IMG/VR virus record: IMGVR_UViG_3300009095_000037 | Span: 1-35,679 of that record | DNA: 35,679 bases | Strand: one strand, 5' to 3' | From: a virus | Lineage: Duplodnaviria; Caudoviricetes | In this document: positions 9,884 through 17,859 of the stretch, in pieces | Layout of the letters: every line of letters starts with the position of its first letter | Position numbering within the stretch: the stretch's first letter is position 1 | Notes under the pieces: generated by a model | What the model was told of the DNA's origin: nothing | Databases searched by the model: none | The model's input: the letters and a program-made list of their open reading frames with translations, nothing else | Translations under genes and position numbers: made by a program

Positions 9884-10303
9884 ATGGACCAAGCATGGAA
9901 AGATTTCATTGGAGTACATACACTGGTATTCGCCTCCGTGTGCTGGATAGGAACCTTCTTCATCCGGCGCATCGTTGAGACCATTTGGCCCTCGCTGAAA
10001 AAGCAGGCTGACGAGAAGAGTTCCAACCCTGCCTATAGTTCCACCATGTCTCAGTGGTGGAACAAGGTCATTCTTTACGCCATTCCGGTAGTAGTTGGCG
10101 TTCTGTCCGCAGTTTTAGCGACTGCGTATCCATTCCCTGCAGGGATGCAGTCTCTTTCGTCTAGGGTGTTCTTCGGGGTGTTCCTGGGCTTCTTCTCTAG
10201 CTTTTTCTACAAAGCTGCGAAGCAGATCATCAAGCAGTTTGTAGAGAAGGCCACCGGGACTAAGCTGAGAATGGGGTCTACTCCTCCCCCGCCCGAATTA
10301 TGA
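9884..10303 (+). CDS. Putative holin (three predicted transmembrane segments)
   Basis: Three hydrophobic stretches and a basic C-terminus, placed right after the tail genes. ATG 9884 is preferred to the listed TTG at 9854. Confidence 0.55.
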   Translation: MDQAWKDFIGVHTLVFASVCWIGTFFIRRIVETIWPSLKKQADEKSSNPAYSSTMSQWWNKVILYAIPVVVGVLSAVLATAYPFPAGMQSLSSRVFFGVFLGFFSSFFYKAAKQIIKQFVEKATGTKLRMGSTPPPPEL

Positions 10304-10351
10304 GGCTGATATGGCCACCAAAATAGAAATAGTAAGACAGCGGCAGGCGCC

Positions 10352-10702
10352 ATGGTGCTTCTAACCAAAGCCTGGGCGTGGCTAAAAAAGAGTTGGTACT
10401 GGGTAGCGTTCCCGGTAGGTCTGCTGCTTCTTTTCTTTAGGAAGAGACGCAATTTCAACGTCGTGCCCTCTGAGTTGCAGGGGGCTGCCGACAAGCAGAA
10501 GCAGATAGACCAGGAGTATGCGGCTGACGTAGAAAAAGCAGAGCAGAAACGGGAACTGGCAAAAAAGCAAGTAGAAGAGCTGTACCAAAAAGACTTGGAT
10601 GAAATTAAGCAAAGGCAAGAAGAGCTGGCCAGTACCTATAAGGACAAGCCAGAGGCGCTGAATAGATTTCTATTGGACGTCAGTAAAAAAATGAGAGAGT
10701 GA
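10352..10702 (+). CDS. Membrane-anchored coiled-coil protein, possible inner-membrane spanin
   Basis: N-terminal aromatic/hydrophobic anchor followed by a long Q/E/K-rich helix. Directly follows the holin-like gene. Confidence 0.4.
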   Translation: MVLLTKAWAWLKKSWYWVAFPVGLLLLFFRKRRNFNVVPSELQGAADKQKQIDQEYAADVEKAEQKRELAKKQVEELYQKDLDEIKQRQEELASTYKDKPEALNRFLLDVSKKMRE

Positions 10703-10740
10703 CTTATGGTTGGCCACTTTATTTGTTGGAGTAGCTAAAA

Positions 10741-11301
10741 ATGCAAGATCTGATCGCTGAAATAAAAAGGGAGTTTCCTAAGTTCTCCATCGTGAAGAAG
10801 CAAGACAGCAAGCTGATGCGTACCATCGCTGTCTTTCTGCGCATCCTCACGTTTGGGCAGGCTACCGATTTCATGTCGCGTTTTCATACGACTATCGGCT
10901 ACACGCTTTATGTGAGCTCTAGTTGGGACAGCATGCCCAACCAAGGCAAGATGGTCGTGTTGAGGCATGAGCGGGTGCATATGCGCCAGGCCGCTGCGTA
11001 TGGGCTTTTGCTCTTTTCGTTTTTGTACTTGTTCTTTCCTCTGCCCTTCATTCTGGCGTACTTTCGCATGAAGTTCGAGCGCGAGGCCTACGAAGAGTCT
11101 ATGCGCGCTACCCTTGAACTTTATCCTGGGGGCATTTCGATTCTGACCAGGCCTTTCTACAAGGAGCGGATGGTTCGCCATTTCACGTCTGCGGAGTACT
11201 TTTGGATGTGGCCCTTCAAGCGCAGCGTAGAGAAATGGTTTGATGGCTACTTGCTCCACTTGAAGACGAAGGTAGTCCCGTTGCAGACCGAATCTTGGTA
11301 G
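10741..11301 (+). CDS. HEXXH zinc metallopeptidase-like protein
   Basis: TTIG...LRHERVHMRQ...FEREAY zincin pattern (HExxH plus downstream E), with a GGAG RBS. Confidence 0.7.
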   Translation: MQDLIAEIKREFPKFSIVKKQDSKLMRTIAVFLRILTFGQATDFMSRFHTTIGYTLYVSSSWDSMPNQGKMVVLRHERVHMRQAAAYGLLLFSFLYLFFPLPFILAYFRMKFEREAYEESMRATLELYPGGISILTRPFYKERMVRHFTSAEYFWMWPFKRSVEKWFDGYLLHLKTKVVPLQTESW

Positions 11302-11311
11302 TCTTTGGCGG

Positions 11312-11803
11312 ATGGCTCAAGGTGATCCTACTGGCGAGTATCGGGGCAAGCCTGCCAGCCCCGATTCCGTAAAGAAGACCATCGAGTACGGTGGGCTTAC
11401 GGTGAAAATAGACCGGCCTAAGGGGTTTGTGATGCGCGGCACGGACTCTTTGGGTAAGCCTTGGCAGCGGGTTTACAAGTATGACTATGGGTTCATCCCC
11501 CACACCGAGGGTGGGGATGGGGATGGCCTCGATGTGTTCATAGGGCCTGTTGAGGACGACCAAGAGGTTTATTGGGCCAAGCAGTTGAAGAACGATGGTT
11601 CGTTCGACGAGTACAAGCTGTTCATCGGATTTGGTAGTCGCCAAGCTGCAGAGAAGGCGTTCAAGGAGCACATTCCGGCCAAGCTATTTGCTGGCATCAC
11701 AACGATGAAAATTGGTTTGATGCGAGCAATGCTAGGATTAATGCCAGCGGAGAAGCTGGCCACGCGGCTTGGTGTATTTTCTGAACTGCGGGTGTTGCTG
11801 TGA
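11312..11803 (+). CDS. Inorganic pyrophosphatase-like (InPase) domain protein
   Basis: PKG..RG....G..W...YDYGFIPHTEGGDGDGLDVFIGP...FDEYKLFIGF matches the family-I PPase-fold variant found in phage/plasmid polyvalent proteins. Confidence 0.8.
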   Translation: MAQGDPTGEYRGKPASPDSVKKTIEYGGLTVKIDRPKGFVMRGTDSLGKPWQRVYKYDYGFIPHTEGGDGDGLDVFIGPVEDDQEVYWAKQLKNDGSFDEYKLFIGFGSRQAAEKAFKEHIPAKLFAGITTMKIGLMRAMLGLMPAEKLATRLGVFSELRVLL

Positions 11804-12267
11804 ACTTGAAGGCCTTCGTTTTTTCGTTGTTGATGCCTGCGTATGCTGCCGCGCAGCAACCGTTGTATACGGTCCCTGGTGAGGACAAGATCGTGGCGCT
11901 CAAGGAAGGGGACAAGGCCCCATTCGAGGGGCAGCTTTTCAGCCCCGATACGGCGCTGCGTTGGGCATCGTGGTTGGAGCAGTACAAGGCCCGGTTGGAG
12001 ATCGAGAAGGAGCGCGCTGAAGACCTGTGCACCGTAGACCTGGACTACCGGGACCAGCTCCTGTTGGCCGAGAAGGCCCGTTACGAGGCCTCCCGTAAGG
12101 ACCTGCTGGAGAGGCTGGCCCGGTCCGAGAAAGCGCGTATAGAGGCCGAGGAGGCGCTCAGGAACCCATCCTGGACCAGCTCCCGGGAGTTCGGCTTGGT
12201 CTTGGGGGTCATGAGCTCGGCCGCCGCGGCCGGAATCGGCCTTTTGGTGGTAAGCGTCGCCAAATAG
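11800..12267 (+). CDS. Exported coiled-coil protein with C-terminal membrane anchor (possible lysis accessory)
   Basis: GTGA overlap with the previous gene, signal-peptide-like start (AYA/AAA), G..APF.G.L motif, coiled coil and C-terminal hydrophobic helix. Confidence 0.55.
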   Translation: MNLKAFVFSLLMPAYAAAQQPLYTVPGEDKIVALKEGDKAPFEGQLFSPDTALRWASWLEQYKARLEIEKERAEDLCTVDLDYRDQLLLAEKARYEASRKDLLERLARSEKARIEAEEALRNPSWTSSREFGLVLGVMSSAAAAGIGLLVVSVAK

Positions 12268-12268
12268 A

Positions 12269-12334
12269 TAGCTAAAAAAGAGCGAGGTGGTCAGGAACGT
12301 GGGTACGTTACCAACCACCTCGTTTTTATTTAGC
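12269..12334. terminator. Bidirectional intrinsic terminator between convergent blocks
   Basis: Perfect stem cgaggtggt (12283-12291) / accacctcg (12314-12322), inner aacgt/acgtt stem, A-tract before and T-tract after. Confidence 0.8.
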
Positions 12335-12488
12335 GCTGTCCCAGTAGGATCAGTAGGCTATCTAAAATGTGCGCCACTTTTGAGCGCAGGGGTTTGTGGT
12401 CAACCCTCCAACTGGAACTGACCATGCCACAGCCTAGGCAGTACCACTGTCCACCTTGGTGCAGTATTCTTCCATTACATTTTTTCAT
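12330..12488 (-). CDS. Small 52-aa Cys-containing protein (not in ORF track)
   Basis: Manual translation MKKCNGRILHQGGQWYCLGCGMVSSSWRVDHKPLRSKVAHILDSLLILLGQR. GAGG upstream, and the ORF ends at the terminator. Confidence 0.6.
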   Translation of the reverse strand: MKKCNGRILHQGGQWYCLGCGMVSSSWRVDHKPLRSKVAHILDSLLILLGQR

Positions 12489-12537
12489 GGGCGCCGCTTC
12501 CTCATTTCGACGCCCAGCTGTAGCCCTGTGCGGTCCG

Positions 12538-12735
12538 TTATAGTCTTATCGCTCCTGCTTCTACTTTTCTTAAAAGCGCCGCCTTCGTGATGGCGTCTTT
12601 AACCTGTAGATTTAGTGTTTGTGCGAACTCGAGGAGCTCCTGGTAGCTCATTTTTTCTAGTTCATCACGGGAGATGGTGATGACGTCCTCGAATGACGGC
12701 CGCACGCACCCAGGCCAAACGGCGGCCGGCGTCAG
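12538..12735 (-). CDS. 65-aa Rho_N/HeH-like segment, probable -1 frameshift extension of the upstream gene (not in ORF track)
   Basis: Manual translation LTPAAVWPGCVRPSFEDVITISRDELEKMSYQELLEFAQTLNLQVKDAITKAALLRKVEAGAIRL, in the -1 frame relative to 12732-13385. No ATG precedes the domain. Confidence 0.65.
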   Translation of the reverse strand: MTPAAVWPGCVRPSFEDVITISRDELEKMSYQELLEFAQTLNLQVKDAITKAALLRKVEAGAIRL

Positions 12736-12755
12736 TTTCCCTCGTCTTCTCCTCC
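12697..12755 (-). promoter_or_regulatory. Candidate programmed -1 ribosomal frameshift signal
   Basis: GGAGG (12755-12751), in-frame G-GGA-AAC heptamer (12741-12735), stop TGA, then a 7-bp GC stem (12728-12722 / 12703-12697). Confidence 0.6.
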
Positions 12756-13385
12756 ACCGGATTTGGGCAGGCGCACGCCGAGTTGTTCGAGCATCTTGAT
12801 TAGGCTATCGGTGTCGTTGACCGCCTCGTTGAGCACGTCCCCTCGGCCTGCGTTAAGGACCTGTTCGGCCAGGAGCAGCGACAGCGCCATTTGGATTACG
12901 ATCAGACGGTTTGTGCCTCGCACGGACAGAAACGCCATGTTTGAGGCGCCGACCAGCTGCTGAAGCGTATTAGTGTTAGCTTCCACGGCCGCGCTCAGTC
13001 GGTTGATAGCGGCCATAGTTTCTGCGCTAAGCTCTGCGGGACCAGCGCTCTTAAGCGTTTCCCTAGCAGCCGGTACAGGCTGCCGAGTTGCTGGGGTCCG
13101 GCCTCCGTTGACGGGGGTGCGCTGGACTGCTTGGGGGGCAGGTTCTGGTTGGTCATCCACCTCCTCCACGGCGCCGCTGGCTGCCGCTTTTTGGTCTCGC
13201 ATTTGCAGCATTGTAAACACTGCCTGAGCCATTTCAGCCGAGGTTCCGTTCATGAACCTCATTTTGGCGGACTCGTCCGGGATCAGCCCGCCCTGTTCGG
13301 CCAACCGCCGCAGCGCAAACCTACCCAAAGTCGTCAGGGCAGCGAGATCGCGGGGGGCACTATCGATGTTGATAACCTCGGGCAT
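12732..13385 (-). CDS. Hypothetical protein (helical N-domain, Pro/Ala-rich linker, coiled coil)
   Basis: 217 aa, TAATG coupling with the upstream gene and AAGGAG RBS. Confidence 0.75.
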   Translation of the reverse strand: MPEVINIDSAPRDLAALTTLGRFALRRLAEQGGLIPDESAKMRFMNGTSAEMAQAVFTMLQMRDQKAAASGAVEEVDDQPEPAPQAVQRTPVNGGRTPATRQPVPAARETLKSAGPAELSAETMAAINRLSAAVEANTNTLQQLVGASNMAFLSVRGTNRLIVIQMALSLLLAEQVLNAGRGDVLNEAVNDTDSLIKMLEQLGVRLPKSGGGEDEGN

Positions 13386-13786
13386 TACTTGGTCTCCTTC
13401 AGTCTCTTGAGCCGATACCTATCGATCAGCGGCTCATTTTCTTGGTTACTCACTAAACAGGTCAGTACTTGTACGTCAATACATTTGAAGCACGGCCGAG
13501 GGTCTGGCTTGGTAGGGTGCTTCAACATTTTCATTGGGCAGACGAGCTGGGTCTCCAGCTCTTTCCAATGGTCGGCTACGAAGTCAATCAGCCCAAGTCG
13601 GTGGATATGAAGCGGGTGGTGTGGTTCCGGTATTTCTGGTGGTTCTGCCTCCCCTTCCAAGTAGGCAATCATTTCTTCGTTCGTCGCGCTCGGCAGCACC
13701 TGGATGCCTACCCGCAGACATGTTTGGTATAACTCTGTGCGATTGAATTTCGCGAAGCTCAGTTCATTGGGCTCTGATTCCTGCAT
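13385..13786 (-). CDS. Hypothetical protein with HeH/Rho_N-like N-terminus and Cys-rich C-terminus
   Basis: FAKFNRTELYQTCLRVGIQVLPSATNEEMIAYL, followed by C...CxxC...C. Confidence 0.65.
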   Translation of the reverse strand: MQESEPNELSFAKFNRTELYQTCLRVGIQVLPSATNEEMIAYLEGEAEPPEIPEPHHPLHIHRLGLIDFVADHWKELETQLVCPMKMLKHPTKPDPRPCFKCIDVQVLTCLVSNQENEPLIDRYRLKRLKETK

Positions 13787-14222
13787 CGAACGGAGTGTCC
13801 TCGTCTTCTAAGTCCCAGATTCGGATGACCGTCCGTTCTGGTCCTAATTTCTTTTGGACAACGACCACCAGGTTGTTGGAATCGTCCACTGCGGAAACTT
13901 CCGCTAGTACATCCTCCAACAACTTGATGCAGTTGGTGGCGTCGAGTTTCTTATACCTAGATTTAGCTTTGTTTGGCCAGCCTTTTACTACTAGGTCTTC
14001 CAGGTAGAGTGTAATGTAGACCAGGTATGGCTTGTTTTTTTCTATTTTATTTAGTTCTTTCGGGTAGTTACGCGCTAAATGTGAGATAGATTCTTCTTTG
14101 TATTTTCGACCTGCGGCGGTGAGGATTCTGACGACTACTCTGCCCCCGCCCTTGCTCATCAAGGTGTGGGTATAGGCTCTGTTGATCGAAATGGGCAGTG
14201 AAGGTAGCTCTAGTTCTATCAT
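13764..14222 (-). CDS. rusA: RusA-like Holliday junction resolvase
   Basis: LPISIN...G..YK...DATNCIKLLEDVL....DDS matches the RusA DxxNxxKxxxD...DD signature. Confidence 0.85.
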   Translation of the reverse strand: MIELELPSLPISINRAYTHTLMSKGGGRVVVRILTAAGRKYKEESISHLARNYPKELNKIEKNKPYLVYITLYLEDLVVKGWPNKAKSRYKKLDATNCIKLLEDVLAEVSAVDDSNNLVVVVQKKLGPERTVIRIWDLEDEDTPFDAGIRAQ

Positions 14223-14806
14223 CTAGACAAGCCGCTTCGACGTATCGCCCCTCGATTGCTGATATTCGACGCTATTTTGTGGCCTTCCAGCTCTATTTTT
14301 CTGATCTCGATGTGGCGTGAGACCGTGCGCAGGTTGGCATCTACGGTGTCCATTCTGCCTTGCAGTAGGTCTTGTAGCTGCTTCCAGCGCTGGTGGGTCA
14401 GCCGCAGCTCCTGATGACGAGGGTCGGTCTCTATCGTCATTCGCATGTACTCAGCGGTCGGTTTTTTACCGGGAGCGTTGAGCATGTTCTTTTTGGTCAT
14501 GACCTCGATGAGTTCCATCTCGTTCGAGGCCTGGAGCACCATGGCCTTTGCGTACGCCAGCCGCTCGGCGAGATATCCGTACCAGTTCAGCAGCCGTTCG
14601 TAGACAATGGTGTATTCCTCTGCCGACAGGTTGAGCAGGCTACCTGGCTCTATCACCGGGCACGGAAAATCTGGTTCTTCTAGCGGGGCGATACCCATAT
14701 CTTCCATTTGTTTCATTGCCCAGCCGATGGTGTCCCATGTTTGGTGTAGATTACTGCTCTCGGTTTCCCCTACTCCATGCACTATAGGTGTTCTCAGCAT
14801 TTTCAT
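14219..14806 (-). CDS. Helical protein, possible UvsY-like recombination mediator
   Basis: All-helical, with a KKPT...IETDP...coiled coil...VSRHIEIR pattern reminiscent of UvsY. Clustered with RecA and a gp32-like SSB. Confidence 0.45.
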   Translation of the reverse strand: MKMLRTPIVHGVGETESSNLHQTWDTIGWAMKQMEDMGIAPLEEPDFPCPVIEPGSLLNLSAEEYTIVYERLLNWYGYLAERLAYAKAMVLQASNEMELIEVMTKKNMLNAPGKKPTAEYMRMTIETDPRHQELRLTHQRWKQLQDLLQGRMDTVDANLRTVSRHIEIRKIELEGHKIASNISNRGAIRRSGLSR

Positions 14807-15705
14807 GTCAACTTTAGCCCGCGTTGTTTCCTGTTAGGGTTTTTGTAGGTTTCCTGCCGCCGTTGCTGCTTATACTTTTCTGTCTTTTCCTTTTGTACCA
14901 GGTAGGCCGGCTTGCAGAAGTGGGCGTAGGAACAGAAGCAGCATTTTATGCCTTCTTTGCGGTCTGGCAACCGCAGTGCTTCTGCGTCCTCCCAGCGTTC
15001 TTTGATGATGGCCTCTAGCTTTTGCCAACGCCGATGGTCGAAGCGAATCAGGAACGGTTCGCTGCTCGGGACCATGTTCTGGTTACCCTTGTTGTAATAG
15101 ACGAACCAGAGCAGAGGGATGTCCAGGCAGGCCATGTAAATGGTCGCCTGGTCCAGGTGGAATTTACTGGGTTCTTTGCGGTTCTCGAATTCCTTGGGCG
15201 AATCGGTTTTGATTTCGGTGGCTACGCGTAGGACTACTGGTCCCGCTGGCTTTTCTCGGAAACTGAAGACCCCGTCGCAGTGTGAGTGGATTCCCAGGCG
15301 CTTTGCTACCTCTTGCCATTGTGGGCTGATGGGGACCTCGGCTTCGTAGCTGAGCAGCCCTCCGGTTTTTTCACTCATCCGCTCGAAGTCATTTTGGAGC
15401 ATGGCGTGGATGGCGTGCCCGACACGGAACCGTTTCTTCCAAAACGGGTCTATTTTTTGTTGCTTCTCGACGCCAATCATCGAGTAGACCACCTGCCTTG
15501 GGCAGCCATCCAGGCTTATCTCCGAAGCGTGCGCTCCTTCTGCGCGGTGTATCGAGCTTCTAAATTGTACTTCGAATGACGCGTCGTCATCGTCATTTCT
15601 GATGAATTCATCGTAGTCGCCCTTTAGCCTTCTGGCCAGCGACGTGTAGTAAAGAATCATCTCGGGAGATTCATTGGTCAGATCAGCTATCGTCGTCAGG
15701 GCCAT
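14803..15705 (-). CDS. Cas4-like PD-(D/E)XK exonuclease
   Basis: ASEI..GCPR, G.AIH, CDG...EIKT, Q...YM, and C-terminal CCFCSYAHFC (Fe-S ligand pattern). Confidence 0.85.
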   Translation of the reverse strand: MALTTIADLTNESPEMILYYTSLARRLKGDYDEFIRNDDDDASFEVQFRSSIHRAEGAHASEISLDGCPRQVVYSMIGVEKQQKIDPFWKKRFRVGHAIHAMLQNDFERMSEKTGGLLSYEAEVPISPQWQEVAKRLGIHSHCDGVFSFREKPAGPVVLRVATEIKTDSPKEFENRKEPSKFHLDQATIYMACLDIPLLWFVYYNKGNQNMVPSSEPFLIRFDHRRWQKLEAIIKERWEDAEALRLPDRKEGIKCCFCSYAHFCKPAYLVQKEKTEKYKQQRRQETYKNPNRKQRGLKLT

Positions 15706-16024
15706 ATTGCGCTCTCCAAACGTCGTAGGGGATTACAACCCAGCGCTCATCCGTACGCCCGTACTGGTCCAAGAATGCAATGTCCAGCACTGGGGTTTCC
15801 CCTACGTAGCACTCCCCTCTGATTTTTATTAGTTCTTCTTTAGTGAGACGGTAGGATTTATTTCTTGTGTACTTGCACTCGGCTCTGAACACACCCTTTT
15901 TTCTTACGTCTCCCTTCAGCCCCGGCAGGCAACCGGAGCCCTTTTGTTGGCGAGCTCCGGTTGCCCCTGCTAGCTCATGCTCTTGGCGCATAGCACGGCG
16001 CCTACGCTTTTTTGCGTTGAGCAT
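15683..16024 (-). CDS. Small PD-(D/E)XK nuclease (Holliday-junction-resolvase-like)
   Basis: RQE..LA...GSG....KGDV......AECKYT. Confidence 0.7.
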   Translation of the reverse strand: MLNAKKRRRRAMRQEHELAGATGARQQKGSGCLPGLKGDVRKKGVFRAECKYTRNKSYRLTKEELIKIRGECYVGETPVLDIAFLDQYGRTDERWVVIPYDVWRAQYGPDDDS

Positions 16025-16026
16025 GG

Positions 16027-17361
16027 CTAGCGATAGCTGCAGTGTTTGCCGGCGGCGTGGAGAATTTGTTCGCGGACTCGGAGCTCCACCTCGAAATCTT
16101 TGGCCATTTCTTCTATGAACATTTCTTTGTTCGGCACTTCTTCTAGCAGTTCATCGGGCTTTGCCACGGACGTACCGACGTTATTGATGAGGGTGAGCAT
16201 CCCGTTTCTTTCTACGATGGCTCCGTAGCGCAGACCAGTCACGATGATGTCTTCTAGGTCTCTGGTGTGCGTGGGCTCGTCGTAGTAGAACGAGACCTCC
16301 CCCGTTATCCCGTCGTGGGTATCGCCTTTGCCTTTGGTAATTTCCCAACGAATTCCCTTGCCGATCTGCTCCTTGGTCTTGGAATCCTTTATCTTTTCGC
16401 CGGGCTTGAGGGTGATGTCTATCTGCCGCCAGTGCTTTACCGAGCGCACGTTCGTGCCGGTGTAGTCGGGCATGTACTTGGCTAGGTACGATTGCACCTC
16501 AGCCTTCTTTCGGTTCGCTCTTACCTGGCAGGTTCCGATCAGGGTTGTTATCCCCGGGGCCATTTGGTTGTGGGTGATGGGGGCATAGCGTTGGAAGAAG
16601 CGGGTTAGGTTCCGAGCGTGAGCGGCCTGCATCGGATTGTCCTCGAGCGAGTCCAGTTGCGCCTCCGCATCTGGGATCATGGCCTCCAGCGAATCTATCC
16701 AAATAATGCCGTAGATGTTCTGCCTTAGCAGCTCCTCCACGGCCAGGAGCACCTCCTCCTGCGTGCCTGGGGCTATCTGGACGTTCTGGCCGATGCCCGT
16801 GCGCAGGTCCGCCACCTCCTCATCGGTGAGCAGAGGCAGACCCAAGCGGTGGCGTCGCTGCTGCGACGCCTCTATCAGGGTTTTAGGCACGGCCACGACC
16901 CAACCCATCCTGCGGGCCCTCCAGTAGTCGATCCCCCCGTCCTCCGCCGGATGGAAGGCAATACAGGCATCGTTGCCGTACAGCCGCTGGTGCATCGCAC
17001 AGTACTTGTAAAGTAATGTCGATTTACCAACGTTGTCCGGCCCCGTTATGGTGTTGAACGTGCCCGCTTGAAACCCACCACCACAGTCGATGTCTAACTG
17101 CAAGATGCCTGATGGCCGACGGATATGGTGCATATTGACCATATCGTCCGCCAGGTTCAGCATCGGCCTTTTGAACTTGGCGTTCAATTTATTTACCACC
17201 CCCATCACCTCTCGTCGCCGCTCCTGAGAAGGCATGCTGGGTTTGGTGGTAACAGGCGTTCGTACTATTTTCGGAAAAGGGTCGGCCTTACTAGCCGACA
17301 CCTTGACTGTGCGCTTCGTTTCCTTGGTCGTGCTCTTTTCTGCTTTCTTTCTAGTCGCCAT
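16027..17361 (-). CDS. recA: RecA/UvsX-like recombinase
   Basis: PSGILQLDIDCGGGF, Walker A GPDNVGKS, Walker B IIWIDS, QVR motif. Confidence 0.9.
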   Translation of the reverse strand: MATRKKAEKSTTKETKRTVKVSASKADPFPKIVRTPVTTKPSMPSQERRREVMGVVNKLNAKFKRPMLNLADDMVNMHHIRRPSGILQLDIDCGGGFQAGTFNTITGPDNVGKSTLLYKYCAMHQRLYGNDACIAFHPAEDGGIDYWRARRMGWVVAVPKTLIEASQQRRHRLGLPLLTDEEVADLRTGIGQNVQIAPGTQEEVLLAVEELLRQNIYGIIWIDSLEAMIPDAEAQLDSLEDNPMQAAHARNLTRFFQRYAPITHNQMAPGITTLIGTCQVRANRKKAEVQSYLAKYMPDYTGTNVRSVKHWRQIDITLKPGEKIKDSKTKEQIGKGIRWEITKGKGDTHDGITGEVSFYYDEPTHTRDLEDIIVTGLRYGAIVERNGMLTLINNVGTSVAKPDELLEEVPNKEMFIEEMAKDFEVELRVREQILHAAGKHCSYR

Positions 17362-17519
17362 TATTTCCTTTTCCCTTCAAATGGTTCGGTGCCGCACTTT
17401 GGACAGACTAAAATATCCCCGTACTTTTTCACCTCCGAGCCGCACGCTGGGCAGCCCTCATTCGCTGCTTTCACTAACACGTCTTGGTTTACCGTTTCGT
17501 CCACCCCGTATTTCTCCAT
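17361..17519 (-). CDS. 52-aa zinc-ribbon protein (not in ORF track)
   Basis: Manual translation MEKYGVDETVNQDVLVKAANEGCPACGSEVKKYGDILVCPKCGTEPFEGKRK. GGAGG 6 nt upstream and TAATG coupling into recA. Confidence 0.8.
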   Translation of the reverse strand: MEKYGVDETVNQDVLVKAANEGCPACGSEVKKYGDILVCPKCGTEPFEGKRK

Positions 17520-17859
17520 TTCCATCCTCCTCGTATTTGCCAGCCTTTATCAATGCCCGCCGGAATGGCGGCGCTTTTCTGAAGTTTACAATGAATTGAG
17601 GTCTATTTATCAGAGATACTTCCATCATCTCAGTTTTGCTCTTTCTGGAGATTAGGTTAACTTCTTCTCTACGCCGTTTGAAGATGGTTAAATCGCCGAA
17701 GCCATCTAGGCATACTGCTTCGCCCCTGATCAGGGCGTTGCGCACCTCCAACAGAAATTCCGATGTGATTCTGTTTATTTCTTCTTTTCTGATACCCAGT
17801 TTCCTGGATACCTTGGCGTCTATGGTGCCTTTTCTGGTTCGTCTGTGTGTGTATGCCAT
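17458..17859 (-). CDS. HU/IHF-family DNA-binding protein
   Basis: VSRKLGIRKEEI...FL..V..AL..GEAV.LDGFG.L....R...V.FRKAPPFRRAL. Confidence 0.85.
   Translation of the reverse strand: MAYTHRRTRKGTIDAKVSRKLGIRKEEINRITSEFLLEVRNALIRGEAVCLDGFGDLTIFKRRREEVNLISRKSKTEMMEVSLINRPQFIVNFRKAPPFRRALIKAGKYEEDGNGEIRGGRNGKPRRVSESSE

Noticed and set aside
10381-10392. gctaaaaaagag identical to the terminator flank at 12271
   Set aside because: Falls within coding sequence (WLKKS) with no hairpin, so it is probably coincidental.
11569-12318. 249-aa minus-strand ORF
   Set aside because: Fully overlaps two well-supported plus-strand genes and starts inside the terminator.
14803-15705. Cas4 as evidence of a CRISPR-Cas system
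   Set aside because: No repeat-spacer array or other cas genes were seen. Solo Cas4-like nucleases are common in phage replication modules.
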